NCBI GenBank assembly: GCA_000091205.1
Contig: AP006486.2
Reading direction: 5' to 3' (one strand)
Source: Cyanidioschyzon merolae
Taxonomy: Eukaryota
DNA: 64,000 nucleotides
Numbering within the stretch: position 1 is the first letter of the stretch; each line of letters begins with the position of its first letter. Both the position numbers and the translations under genes were made by a program. A model generated the notes under the pieces. That model ran no database searches. It saw only the letters and a program-made list of their open reading frames with translations, and had not been told where the DNA came from. Below are positions 10,936-21,802 of this stretch, piece by piece.

Positions 10936-12272
10936 ATAAACTGCCACCACGGTTTCTCGTTGCAGGTGACGGCAGAGGATCCATCTGCCTCGCATATCTG
11001 GAAAATCATCGTGGCCAGAGAGCCGCTTCGACTTTGCAGTCACTGTCACAACCTGCGAAACGCTATAGTATCTAGATTTACTGATCGCGGGCTGATTCCG
11101 GATATCAGCAGACCGTTTGCGTTCGACTGCGACTGAGTTCAACGCATGCATCGAGTAGCTTCCGTATTTTTCCGAATACGACGTGCTTTCCGGCGCGTTC
11201 GCCCGCTGCAGATGATTGAGCCGATGTGTGCGAGTCGGCCGAGCCTCTTCGTCATTCAGTGCATACCATCGGTGAGGATATGCGGGCTATACGGATGTAC
11301 ATACGACCGGTACACGAATCCAGGTGGTGTCTGCATTCCAAACCGCGTCGACCTGCAAGATCCGTAAGCATCCGTTCGAATCGGGACGCTCAGCTTTTCG
11401 GTCAGCCCGATTACTCGGGCCCTGCCTCCCCCGGGCGCGACACTGATGCCTGTTGCCTCGCGCCGAAGGATGTACTCGTACACACAGCGGATTGTGCTTC
11501 TTCCACCTGCATAAAGCCCAGTCTCGACCGTACCATACAGACGATGCGTGGCTTGCTCCCGTACACCTGGGATACTTTCTGATGCACACGGGCAAGGGAG
11601 ATGCTATGCGCTACGCAACGAAGCACATTATCCGGTCACTGTTGGACGCTAATTGCAAGCCGCGACTGTGCGTAATTATCCAGCATCACGGAGATGACAT
11701 TCTTCACAAGCTCCGACATACACAAGTTTTAAAGCACGAGGCACGTCGAGCAAAGGAACGGAGCTCACACAGACACCAGCGGGTATCGCTCACATCATGT
11801 GATCACAAGCGATTGGATCGCATTACGATCCCTTCGCTCCACCATTTTGTCGTTTGCATTCGTCGATTCGCAACAGCCGCGGGGCATCGTCACGGTCGAT
11901 CGTTGCGAAAACGCTGGCGATTCAACGCCGGCAGAGCGCCTTGACAGCATCTCGGGGCAAGCGAGTGACAGCCGCGAGTCGCAAGGTACCATCTCCCAGA
12001 GCCGTTGCAAGTTAATGACGGACTCACGTGCCTACGCAACAATCTTGCGTGCAATGCCAGCAGAGCTATCGCTGCTCTGATAATCCGGGCGCGAGCCAGG
12101 TATCAGAGAGGTCCCGTCACCATGACAGCTGCGTACGCGCGCTACGCGGCTCTGGGCAGCGAGCGCCTGCTTCAGGGGCGCAAAAATGGATTCCCGAGCA
12201 CCGCAACGTCGCAGATCGCTCGGCGCCCTTCGTCTTGTTCAGTTAGAGAGCTACAGTCCCTTGCCGAGGGAT

Positions 12273-12785
12273 TTACTTGAGACGGTACACAATGCGTCCG
12301 CGATACAAGTCGTATGGACTAAGCTCTACGCGAACGCGGTCCCCAACGATACAACGTACAAAGTTTTTCCGAATTTTTCCACTCACATGCGCTAAAACCA
12401 CAACGTCATTGGTCAGTTGCACGCGAAACATTGCGTTTGGAAGAGATTCGACGATAACGCCTTCCATTTCAATCGCACCCTCTTTCTCCGGATCGGTATC
12501 CGTACGTCCATTTTGCGTATCCTTTTCTCTCCGCATCGACTTGGGTGGCGTTCTCTTACTTCCAGGATTCTTCTTCTTGCGGTCCCCAGCAGCGACAAGA
12601 GAGAAACGGCCAGCACGCCAGCACGGGCTCGCTGGCCGGTGCCCCTGCGAGACCTCTCGAACACGCCCGCCCCAGAACGCAGGCGTGCTTTGGACAACAT
12701 TTAATTGAACCCCCGCAAAACTCGAAACAAATGCCTGCAGAGATTGTGTGCCCATGGTTGAGAGTAGTTGAGCCCGCTCAGTCAC
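12273..12785 (-). CDS. infA: Organellar (plastid-type) translation initiation factor IF-1 with an N-terminal presequence, nuclear-encoded
   Basis: The C-terminal 65 aa ([60 protein letters not shown]) matches the bacterial/chloroplast IF-1 S1-fold nearly end to end. A roughly 100-aa Ser/Arg/Ala-rich extension precedes it. Confidence 0.85.
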   Translation of the reverse strand: MTERAQLLSTMGTQSLQAFVSSFAGVQLNVVQSTPAFWGGRVREVSQGHRPASPCWRAGRFSLVAAGDRKKKNPGSKRTPPKSMRREKDTQNGRTDTDPEKEGAIEMEGVIVESLPNAMFRVQLTNDVVVLAHVSGKIRKNFVRCIVGDRVRVELSPYDLYRGRIVYRLK

Positions 12786-14009
12786 TTGCGTTGCCGAAGA
12801 AGAGCGGGACGCGGCCCTGCGTTGCTAGACTTTCACGCACCTACGCTCAGATTGTGGGCGAGCTTTAGGCGCACGTCAGGCGCAGCGCGCTGCTGGGGCG
12901 CTCTTCTCCGTGGGTACGACGCCGCAGCCGCCGCAGCCGCCGCAGGCACCCTCGCTGTTGGCTCACGGAGGCGGTGGCGATGTGCGCGCGTCGGGCGGCA
13001 GGTCATAATGCGAGTGTCCTGTTTATTCCATAAAGTTCTGTTTCATCAGCGACACGCTGTGGTATGCGAAAGTGTTGGGCTGGCTCTTGTGCATGGACCG
13101 ACAACCGTGTTGGCATGCAATGGAACAGGTACTTTACCAAGACATACCATTGAAACAAAAGATGTCTTCAGGGAATGGAGTATATATACGCACCAGCAGA
13201 CGACTCCCAGCCTTTATTGACCGGCCCACTGTTATAGTTTTTCAGTTTATCTAGGTACAGTTCGGGTGCCAAAGACTGCCCCACGACGTTGGATCGCTTC
13301 AGCTCTTCGAGTATCGTCTTCAGCACCGCATATCGTCTGATACAGATGGAGATGTTGAAGTCTTGCTTGAATATACCATCGCAGGGATTGCTGGCACTTG
13401 TACCCTCTCTGCCGCAACAGGCTCGTCATTGTCCCGTCAAGCAAACTGCCTTACTCGCCTATCTGCCCTTTTCTTGTTAGTCATTTGCTATTCTCTGCTC
13501 GATGGTCGGCGTGAAGAGGGTTCTTCTTTTTTGTGAAATTCGCCTATGAGAGTCCATCAGGATCCCCGACTTGCGTGTCCATAACTTTCCTTCATTTTTT
13601 TAAATCTTCAAATGAACGCACTTGTTTATGCCCAAAGGTGAGGAGTCTCCCCCGACTGCGAAGGACTTGTGGAAGAAAGATGACGCGTGCCCCAATGTCT
13701 ACATGTGCTGAACGCTTCAGCGAGTCGCCCAGTCCAGCGATCATTACGTTTTACCATAGAAAACACTCTAGCCATGGGTTTGAACCAGGCAGCGCGCTAA
13801 GGAATGAAGAGCAGCTCTGCCCGCGGATAGAATCGGCAAATGCACGAGCGCAAAGGGAATGGTGATATGCCACGCTGTCCAATGAGGAAAGTCTCTAGGA
13901 GTCAGGGAGAAAAGTCTTCAATGATTTGAGAAAATGGTTGGTGCTATCGTATGCGCATTCTCTACGAGCGGAACTGAGGCCACTACTGGAATCCACTACA
14001 TCTAGAACA

Positions 14010-14580
14010 GATGATGGATTCCTGGTTCTCTTCGCGTTCGATTCTGCATACCACGGTCTCCTTCAGTGCGAATGCCCATATACGCTCCGACCGTGTCATC
14101 AGAAGCAAGTCTCACCGACTGAACCAAACAGATGTCACTCAGCCGCAAACCAATCGCGAGATTCCACGAATGCTGTCGTTGCGATTTCGGTGGAAGATGG
14201 CCATGCGTGAATTGGTCACTTTTTGCGTCTGTATTCCAGTGTTTCGAGGACCAAACGAACAAACTGTTGGGAAACAGACACGCCTCTGGTGGCTAATGTC
14301 GTCGCTTTTGCTTTCCGTAGAGTGATCAACGTGTCGTTTTCAACCATGGACCGGTTGCATTTTTTGAAAATATCGGTATTGGACGCGTGGCCCATCTACT
14401 TCTTTCTTTTAGTGTTCCTCAGCCATCTGCGAGCTTTTTTATGACTGACCTGGATGAGGCATGCAGTCCTCCTTGTACTGTACAGTAAAGCGTATGCCCT
14501 GCAGGCAATTCGTCTACGATCTGTGCCGAACATGGAGATCGTGATTACGATCTCCAGCGATGCACTGCGCAAAACTATTC
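14010..14580. repeat. Dispersed repeat, copy B
   Basis: See copy A (2050..2640). The shared blocks occur in the same order; boundaries are approximate. Confidence 0.6.
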
Positions 14581-16560
14581 GGCAACACTCGGCGCGGGTG
14601 AAACATAACTGAGTTGAAAGACTATAGCGTGCAGATGCTCAAGCTCGTGTAACCTTTCACTGTCGTCAACATCAGTCCTTACAGGCTTTTTCTGCGTGTG
14701 TTTCCTTTCCGTTTATATTATCTTTGGCTATAAATACAACGGTATCGGGTTTACCGCTAGCTCCATTGGCAACAGCTGAAGACGCTGATGGAAGCGCTCA
14801 GGTCTCGATTTCTGCCGTTCCGGGTATTGTTCATGCATTTTATGTACAGAAGGAATTTGCGATTTCTGTTGGGTTGCACGCGTTCCTGTGCTGTGCAAAC
14901 GGCCTTGGTAGGCACTCTGCAGCGGTGACATTGGAACGTCGCCAGGTGCTCCCATACATTCACTCTATATGGCATTCTCCGGTGATCACCGTATGGAGTT
15001 TGAACGCCCGCAGCATCGCCCGGTACCTGCCCTTGACGGGCAAAGAAGGCTCCCGTCGATGCCGTCCTCCGATTTAGCGTACTGCATCGTACTCTCCCGT
15101 TACGGGCTTGTTCCAGATGCTGGCCCGGGAGAGTACTCTGTCTGCTGCAGATGCATGTACTTGCTGTTCTATTCGATATACAGGCTTTGTCGAGCTTGGT
15201 TTTGTACGTCATGAAAGAATTGCAGGGAGGAAAAGCTAACCTGGTCAACAAGTCGGGAAACTTCGATTCGTCCCGCTTTATCCGTGCAAATCGGTAACGC
15301 ACACTTGACTGGAGGCGATCCCTGGGATCATTACAGTCCGAGTCCAGCACCCTTGTCCATCTGAAGATGAGAGACGACAGCATCTGGCAACGCATCCTGT
15401 AATAGGGATCATGCTGATGTCGAATGCGGTCTTGTCGATAGCCACGAAAGAGGAATGTGTTGGATTTCGGACGGAATTGCTCATTGTACGTGACAATTTC
15501 AGTGAACTTTAGGAATGAGCGTGTGAAGAGGTCATCCAGGGACAACCATTTTGTTTCCTGTTCAATAAAGCTGCGCGAATCGCTGCGTCGACGATTTGCG
15601 ACGAAACAGAAATATCGAATACTTGATGCAAGCGTGATTTGAGCATGGAACTCGGAAGTGAGCGAAACGTGGACGCATGTACTCATGATTTGGGTAATGA
15701 TATCGGTTACTTTAGGAATCCTTATTCGATAGCGTTGCGAATCGCCTCTATTCCGTCAAATTCATGAATTCCAGCGGCTAAGCTTCGGAGCCACATCAGA
15801 TAGACGACCGAGTATCCTGGACCTTCGTATGAATCCGTATGTCGGTATCGCTGTACTTCGGGCGTAGAAATTTGACATTTATGGATAATTTGGGACGAAA
15901 TCGAGTGACGGAGAACAGAGCACGCAGTTCACTTTTCGAATTAATCTTGTACGTATCTCGCACGAGACAACTTAAGTGCCTGCCTGGATATTCTCAATAT
16001 TTCTCGAAGGCTTAAGATTAGCTCCCGCTTGTCGTGACTGAGAAACGGAGGCGTTGCCGGTGGCGCTCAGCGGTCCCAAGGTGTCGTGATGCAACTCGTT
16101 GCGCTCTGAACGGTCGAACAGGGTTTGGGCCCCTGAACCCGTGCCTCTCCGAGCTGATCACTTTCTGGCATCGAAGGCATTGGAACAGGCCCTAGCCGAT
16201 AAGATGCAGCACAGCAACCTCATTGGAATCGTTATCGAACTTGAGGCGCACTTTCCGTCACTGCAGACTGAAGATGCTTCAACTCCATCCAGCTGAGGAA
16301 GCTGCAGTTCGCAGCTGTGCAACAGTGGTTGTGCCCCAGTGAGGCACTCTTCGGATATTTGTTTTCATATCGGATGCTTTACAAGTGCACCGGCCTGTCC
16401 GAACTGAATGAGTCACAGCACAATCTGAGTATCGCCATGCTCTTTACGTTCCCATCTAATACAGGGCAACCTGGCTCCATGACCATCTTCTCTTGTACCA
16501 GATATCCGCACCAGCGACATTCCCTGGTGTCGTTGTATTCGAAACTGCTGCTCGCTCGCC

Positions 16561-17232
16561 TCATTCCATCTTATAGACGCAATGGCCTGGTGGTCCTGCA
16601 CTCCTCACAAACAACGTATAGATGAATGCGCCGTACAGCTGGGTACCGTTCTGGATCGGATCAATTGTGAATGCGGTTTCCCTGTTACCAGGGTAACAAT
16701 TTGACGGCAGGATGCCAAGCGCCGAGTTTGTTGAGTTTTCGAAATCAACGACCCCGCTGCTCAACACGAACGGAAAACCAACGGGCCCTGCTGCGGTCAT
16801 GTTGAACGCAGCGCAGGAGACACCATCAACGAGCACGTTTCCACTCGGAACTGTACCCGGTGCAGAAAACTTGTGGCGAACGACGATTTCCGGCGTACAG
16901 TTCGTCGCGGAGATCGGCGTGGTATAGAGCTTATAAGTTCCGGCCGGGACAGTGATTGACTCCAGCGTCTGCAGCGGCTGCAGCGCAAAAGAGCTATTAT
17001 AGGCAGCAATCGTGCACGTCGACACGCAGAGTGCCGAAGAGGGGCATAAGGCGCCGCAGTAACACTCCGTCTCACAGGCTGTATCGGGGACCACTTTCAG
17101 GCTGAACAGCCCCAGTCGACTGGAACCGCAGTCATAAAGACACCGTGCAGCTCTGGCGGAGCTTGCACTCAATGAAACTACAACAATAGCCCATATGGTG
17201 AGTGCAACTGCAAAATACCGCGAAAAAATCAT
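16561..17232 (-). CDS. Hypothetical secreted cysteine-rich protein
   Basis: 223 aa with an N-terminal hydrophobic signal-like segment (FAVALTIWAIVVVSLSASSARA), many Cys residues and several N-x-S/T sites. No family recognised. Confidence 0.4.
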   Translation of the reverse strand: MIFSRYFAVALTIWAIVVVSLSASSARAARCLYDCGSSRLGLFSLKVVPDTACETECYCGALCPSSALCVSTCTIAAYNSSFALQPLQTLESITVPAGTYKLYTTPISATNCTPEIVVRHKFSAPGTVPSGNVLVDGVSCAAFNMTAAGPVGFPFVLSSGVVDFENSTNSALGILPSNCYPGNRETAFTIDPIQNGTQLYGAFIYTLFVRSAGPPGHCVYKME

Positions 17233-18670
17233 TGGTTGCTACTTTCTAAGTTCCACTCTCCTACACGCAAGTGCTTATACACTCGTAGGCTCAATTCTGG
17301 TTCCAAGAAAAATGACGCATTGATACGAGATTGCACGTCAGTTACGGGCAGCGCACAAAGAGCGCTCAGATCAGCGTAGAAACGATCGAGCGATCGTTGC
17401 TGAGCTCGCGTACGGGATGCACCAACGCACGAGAAACTCCACTCGATACGCCATGCGGTTGCGTCAAGCATGCGAGCACAGCCCAAAATTGTTCATTCGA
17501 TACGCTGGACACGTCACGTGAATGCAATGCGCGCATGCGGGCGCTTGAGGCGTGAATGAATGGCGATCGTCGGGGTATACGATATCTGTGCATTTCTATC
17601 CTCTAAACTCAATTGTGTTCCATCGCCAGGTGCGTGGAATCAAATGCTCTTCCGCGGTTCATTGCAGACGTGCTCGATGTGGGTTCATTTGAAGAAATAA
17701 AAAGTTCTGCGAATGGAATTGGAGACTTCTGGAAGCCTGATTTCGCCGGCTGCCGCAGAAAAACGAAAAGCAGTGTTGAGCGAAGAGGAACAAGACAGCA
17801 TGAAGAGGCAGAGGCAGGAGGCCCTGCGTCAAAAGCTGCTCGAAAGATGAGAGTACGACGAGACGGTCGTGGACGCCTGTCTTCTTGTACATGTCAAGGA
17901 TCCGTATGAGCAAACGATGCAAGCGGACGTCAGAAACCGTGTCGAGTCGTACCGCATAAGTATGATAAAGGCCGCTCCAAGACTGATGTATGTGGTAACG
18001 AAAGTGTATCGCGACATAACGCACGCGGAAACAATCGAGTTTCCAGAGGAAATTTCCAACGTAACCTTCATCGGCCACCTGACGCTTGCCACCGGGGAAA
18101 CGTCGAGGTGAAATGAGCGGGTGCATGGCCTCCATGAAAATTACGCCAAATACCGCCTCAACGGCACTCGATACAGGGATGACTCGGGTGTTTACACCTA
18201 CGGGGCGTTGAATTACCCTACGAACCTGAGAAAGCATATGAACATGAACCTGAAACGCTTCATGGTACGCGCCGTCATTGCGCTGTACCCGGGCCTCTCT
18301 CGCAAAGGGATACGAGTCATCATCCGTGGCATCACGAATGATCGACAGCATGAACAGGAGATCGAATTCTTCCACAAGAAGACATCACGCAAGAGAAAGA
18401 ATGAAGCTTCTGTAATCCGTGCGGCTATTATTGAGCACCGTGCAGTCTTGGGGCTTGTCAACCTACAAGAAAAGATATCAGATAGGAAAAAAGATGAAGA
18501 AAGATGTTATCCCCTAATCCTGCGCAATTTCGTGTTTTTTGACCGAGAACTCGAACGCAAAGCCGACATGGAGCTGAGTAGGGGAAAATGCGCAGTCGGA
18601 GAGACGCAAGGCTGCGGTTCCGGGGAGGCGCCTCAATATCGTTCCGTTATGCTACGTCAAGTCACGCGTT

Positions 18671-19099
18671 GTGACAATCGACTCCACAATCCTTTATACC
18701 ATCATGAAGGAGATCAGTCCCGAGTTCAATGCAAGCAGGGAGAAGTTCACCCGCGGAGACGGGAAAATCTACCGGATGAATATCTTCGATTTCAAGCGCC
18801 TCAACACCAGCAAGAAAAAGTTATTCACTGGGATGATCGAAAGCGATGGAGTAGCCGTGTGTGGAGACTATCGGCGCTTGAAGGCGGATCGCCCAGTTCC
18901 GTCATCGGCTTCGCCCTTGGCGAAGCATGAAGAAAACAAAGAGGCTGGCAGTACGAAACAGGAGGCGCAGGAGGACGACTGTGCCGTTGGCGCGGACCCG
19001 GGAACACGAATATCGTACCCATCGCAGCACCCAAGCGTGCGGAAGACGGTATCGACGGCAACTTACGCCACAATGACATGCGACTTCCAAAGTACTTGA
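18671..19099 (+). CDS. TnpB/Fanzor-like fragment carrying the putative RuvC-I motif (GADPGTR)
   Basis: The frame-2 ORF has protein-like composition; its D-P-G motif resembles the Fanzor1/IS607-type RuvC-I. Confidence 0.45.
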   Translation: MTIDSTILYTIMKEISPEFNASREKFTRGDGKIYRMNIFDFKRLNTSKKKLFTGMIESDGVAVCGDYRRLKADRPVPSSASPLAKHEENKEAGSTKQEAQEDDCAVGADPGTRISYPSQHPSVRKTVSTATYATMTCDFQST

Positions 19100-19311
19100 G
19101 AGCGAAAAATTGCCGATAATCGGGAATAATGAATGCAAGGAAGGAAAGTGAGACATGGAATGCAGGAGTGAGCGCGCACCTGGAAGCTATGAGCAATTTC
19201 GCGAGTCGTGGATCGAACTTTCATTTCTTTCGTGAATTCATGGAATATCAAGCTGCTCGTGACGAGGAGCTGTGGAAATAGCAAACAGAACCGCGATGGG
19301 CTCGTCTGCGA

Positions 19312-19860
19312 ATGAATCCGCACAGAGGGAAGCAGCGCGCGTTCGCGAAATTTTTCAAACAGTTGATTGCCCTCATGGAGGACAAGAGTCAAAGGCTCAT
19401 ACTAGCATACGGAACTGGGCGCTGGGCACCCGGAAAAGGGTGTGTACCCGCCCCGTCGACGAGAGCGTACAAGGAGTGCGCACGATGTTTTGTCACGATA
19501 CCGGTAGATGAGCTCCGAACATCGTATGTGGATCATGAACTGGGATGTCCACCTCCGAGAGTCGAGATGGAAAAGTGCCCGTGGAGCCCTGAGGATATAA
19601 AAAAGCACGGAGAGCTGACGGAGCATCAAATGGCTCAGAGGGCGCGAGTTGGAGGACTCCTTGCATAGGTGAGCTCTACCAACGGTAACAAACGCACTGA
19701 CTTCGTGAACCCAGACTTTAACGCCGCTATCAATATCAGACGACGTGCTGTATTGGAGAAGAGATATCCCGAGCTAACGAGAGCCAACTTTGTCGGGCAA
19801 CCTCTTAAGGTGGCACTCTACGAGAAGCATTTGAAACCGATCGCAGCGGGCCGGTCGTAA
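19312..19860 (+). pseudogene. TnpB/Fanzor-like C-terminal part (RuvC-II candidate, zinc-finger-like region, RuvC-III) with an in-frame TAG at 19666..19668
   Basis: ORFs 19312..19668 and 19669..19860 are in the same frame, separated only by a TAG. The downstream part carries FNAAINI. A candidate GT..AG intron at 19092..19288 would join frame 2 to this frame. Confidence 0.5.
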
Positions 19861-20209
19861 ACGGCCGGGAGACGCCTGCCGGGTGGATACCTATCTACCC
19901 TATGTGGCCGTGGAACATTTTTCGTTTCACTGACAAATGAGTTTGCGCTGGTAGCGCGTACCGGGTCGTTTTCGAATGAGAGTCTTTCTCAATAGTGCCT
20001 CTCAAGAGTCTTCGATCGATAGCTTGGAACCTTGGGGTAGCGATTCACCGTGCGCAGCGGAGTCTACACATACCTCTACCCTCTCGTCTCGGACAAGCCC
20101 CGCACGGGGTCCAAGCTCCTACGCACGGTAACAAACTCGAGCAAGTCGACCTGGCGGCATCTGCTCTCGCACTGTCTCGGATAGATTAAAGGCAGCGCAA
20201 CTGCGTGAC

Positions 20210-20701
20210 TTGAACCTGATGGATACCGGCGAACTGCATGACCTGACTGTAAAAGGCGCTGTCGTTACCCAACTTGAGCGGTGTGAAGTGGCCTGCCAGA
20301 GACTCTTCCAGAACCTTGCGCTATTGGGTCTTGAACTGCAGAATTCAGAGAGCATCACTGAGGGAGTTTGTGACTCAAAAGCAGCCTCAGACCTAGGAAG
20401 CTCCGTGGAGCTTCTCGAAAACGAAGAGCGGGCGCTGAGACTCTGTGTCGACAGGTTCGTACTGGAGCTCCGGCAAGTAGAAAATCTGGCCAAGACTCTA
20501 GATGGAATCAGGGAGGAGGAGGAAAGGATTCTGTCGCTCGAGCAGCGCTCCATCGAGCAGGCAGAGAGATGCTTTTACTTGTGGAACGATGCCCGAGAAA
20601 TGTTGCGGGGAACGAGGTTGACCTCGATCAAAGAGGTGCTCGAGTCAGCAGCTCGCTATCCGCGCATCCCGTCATGGACACCGTTGCCTACATCGAACTG
20701 A
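20210..20701 (+). CDS. Hypothetical coiled-coil protein
   Basis: 163-aa Glu/Leu-rich ORF with heptad-like character and no recognised family. It sits just downstream of the Fanzor-like island. Confidence 0.3.
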   Translation: MNLMDTGELHDLTVKGAVVTQLERCEVACQRLFQNLALLGLELQNSESITEGVCDSKAASDLGSSVELLENEERALRLCVDRFVLELRQVENLAKTLDGIREEEERILSLEQRSIEQAERCFYLWNDAREMLRGTRLTSIKEVLESAARYPRIPSWTPLPTSN

Positions 20702-21802
20702 GACTGGCAGCGTGCAGCTAAGCGTTTGTCTGGCTAGAACCAGTCCTCTGAGCTTCTTACGGGCAGTCCACAGGGTACGCACGCGCGGCGACTTGACGAT
20801 CTTCAGAATGGTTTTTACAAATTAGCCACGAAAATAGGCTTGTTGGTAAGCGGGTCAGTCTTGTTACGGTGCAGAGGGGATTGATGAATCCGGGATCGAC
20901 GTCCGGCTTCGCTTCGTACATAAGTCTAGCGTTCTGCGTACCGTGAAAAGCGTGCTCCGTGGACCTCTGTTGCGTTCGTGCATGCTGCATTCGCATAAAA
21001 CTGACACGCGATGCAGTCGCTCGCGTTCACACATTCATATACACGTGCACATTTGCACTCTCGAACGCAAACGAGTATACATGAGTATGTGCACACTCGC
21101 GTGCTTGTGCAACATAGATCCGTTGACGACCTCGGATTTTGGGGGAGCGCTCTATCCTCACGGCAGAATGCTTTCGCAAAGGCATGAATAGCAGCGCCCC
21201 CGGTGAATGTCCTTCTTTACGTGCCTCCAGCACCTCTTCATTCGATCGATTATCGGGAGAAAACTTTTTTAAAACATGGGTATTTCCGAAAAGCGATCTG
21301 AAAACAGAAAGTTGTCAAAGAGCCTCGCGGTGAATTCGATGGTTCATCGGTAAGGCAACACCACGGATCCGACAAATGACCCTGAAGCAGGATACCTCAC
21401 TTGTAGCAGAAACGACGCTGCCTCACAAGCTGAAGCTGAAATTCGTGACCAGCACCGTTCTAAGACGAAGACAGTGTAAAGTTTCGCATCCATCATCATG
21501 TTCCAGGCACAGCATATCAGACGCATAGGATGCTCGTGCATGAACCATGAACGGTATGAAGGCGTACGTCCCGCGGTAGCCAAAACTCTCGTACGAACAC
21601 TGCTCGCGCGAAGGCAGTGAAGCGATCCTGCTCGTGCGCGCGGTCGAAGTTTGCAACTGCTGGACGTTCAGCGACGTATCTTTGTTAGGTTGCGCTCTAT
21701 CGTGCCGCGCCGAGCGTTGGGCAGGCAAACTCTGGAAAAGCAAGACCTCGCGGCAGACGAGTATGAACAGCTTGCCCAAACAAGCGCTACCGTGGCACAA
21801 AA

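Larger units (their letters stand above)
17613..19860 (+). mobile_element. TnpB/Fanzor-like (IS605 OrfB family, RuvC-like nuclease) element ORF, split across reading frames (intron-containing or decayed)
   Basis: An AT-richer island with co-linear ORF pieces at 17869..18930 (frame 1, one TGA), 18671..19099 (frame 2) and 19282..19860 (frame 1). The motif order fits TnpB/Fanzor: ..VGADPGTRI (RuvC-I-like DPG), ..IALMEDKSQ / LILAYGTGRW, ..CARC...C..C (zinc-finger-like), ..NPDFNAAINIRRRA (RuvC-III D-x-NAAxNI). Confidence 0.55.

Noticed and set aside
14757-15686. 309-aa minus-strand ORF in an AT-richer island
   Set aside because: The translation is unusually rich in Arg/Cys/Ser with no family resemblance. 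It is noted only as a possible TE relic and is not reported as a gene.
18108-18117. GT...AG bracketing the TGA at 18109 as a mini-intron
   Set aside because: It is only 10 nt long with incompatible phase; it is not a plausible intron.
17659-18375. 238-aa minus-strand ORF inside the Fanzor-like island
   Set aside because: It overlaps the plus-strand frame, which has Lys/Glu-rich protein-like composition and is co-linear with the downstream TnpB-like motifs. The minus-strand product has no motifs.
19666-19719. Possible intron starting at GTGAGC immediately after the in-frame TAG in the TnpB-like ORF
   Set aside because: Any GT..AG combination that removes the TAG would also delete part of the conserved NPDFNAAINI RuvC-III motif, including the catalytic Asp. 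A read-through, sequencing error or genuine pseudogenising stop is more likely.
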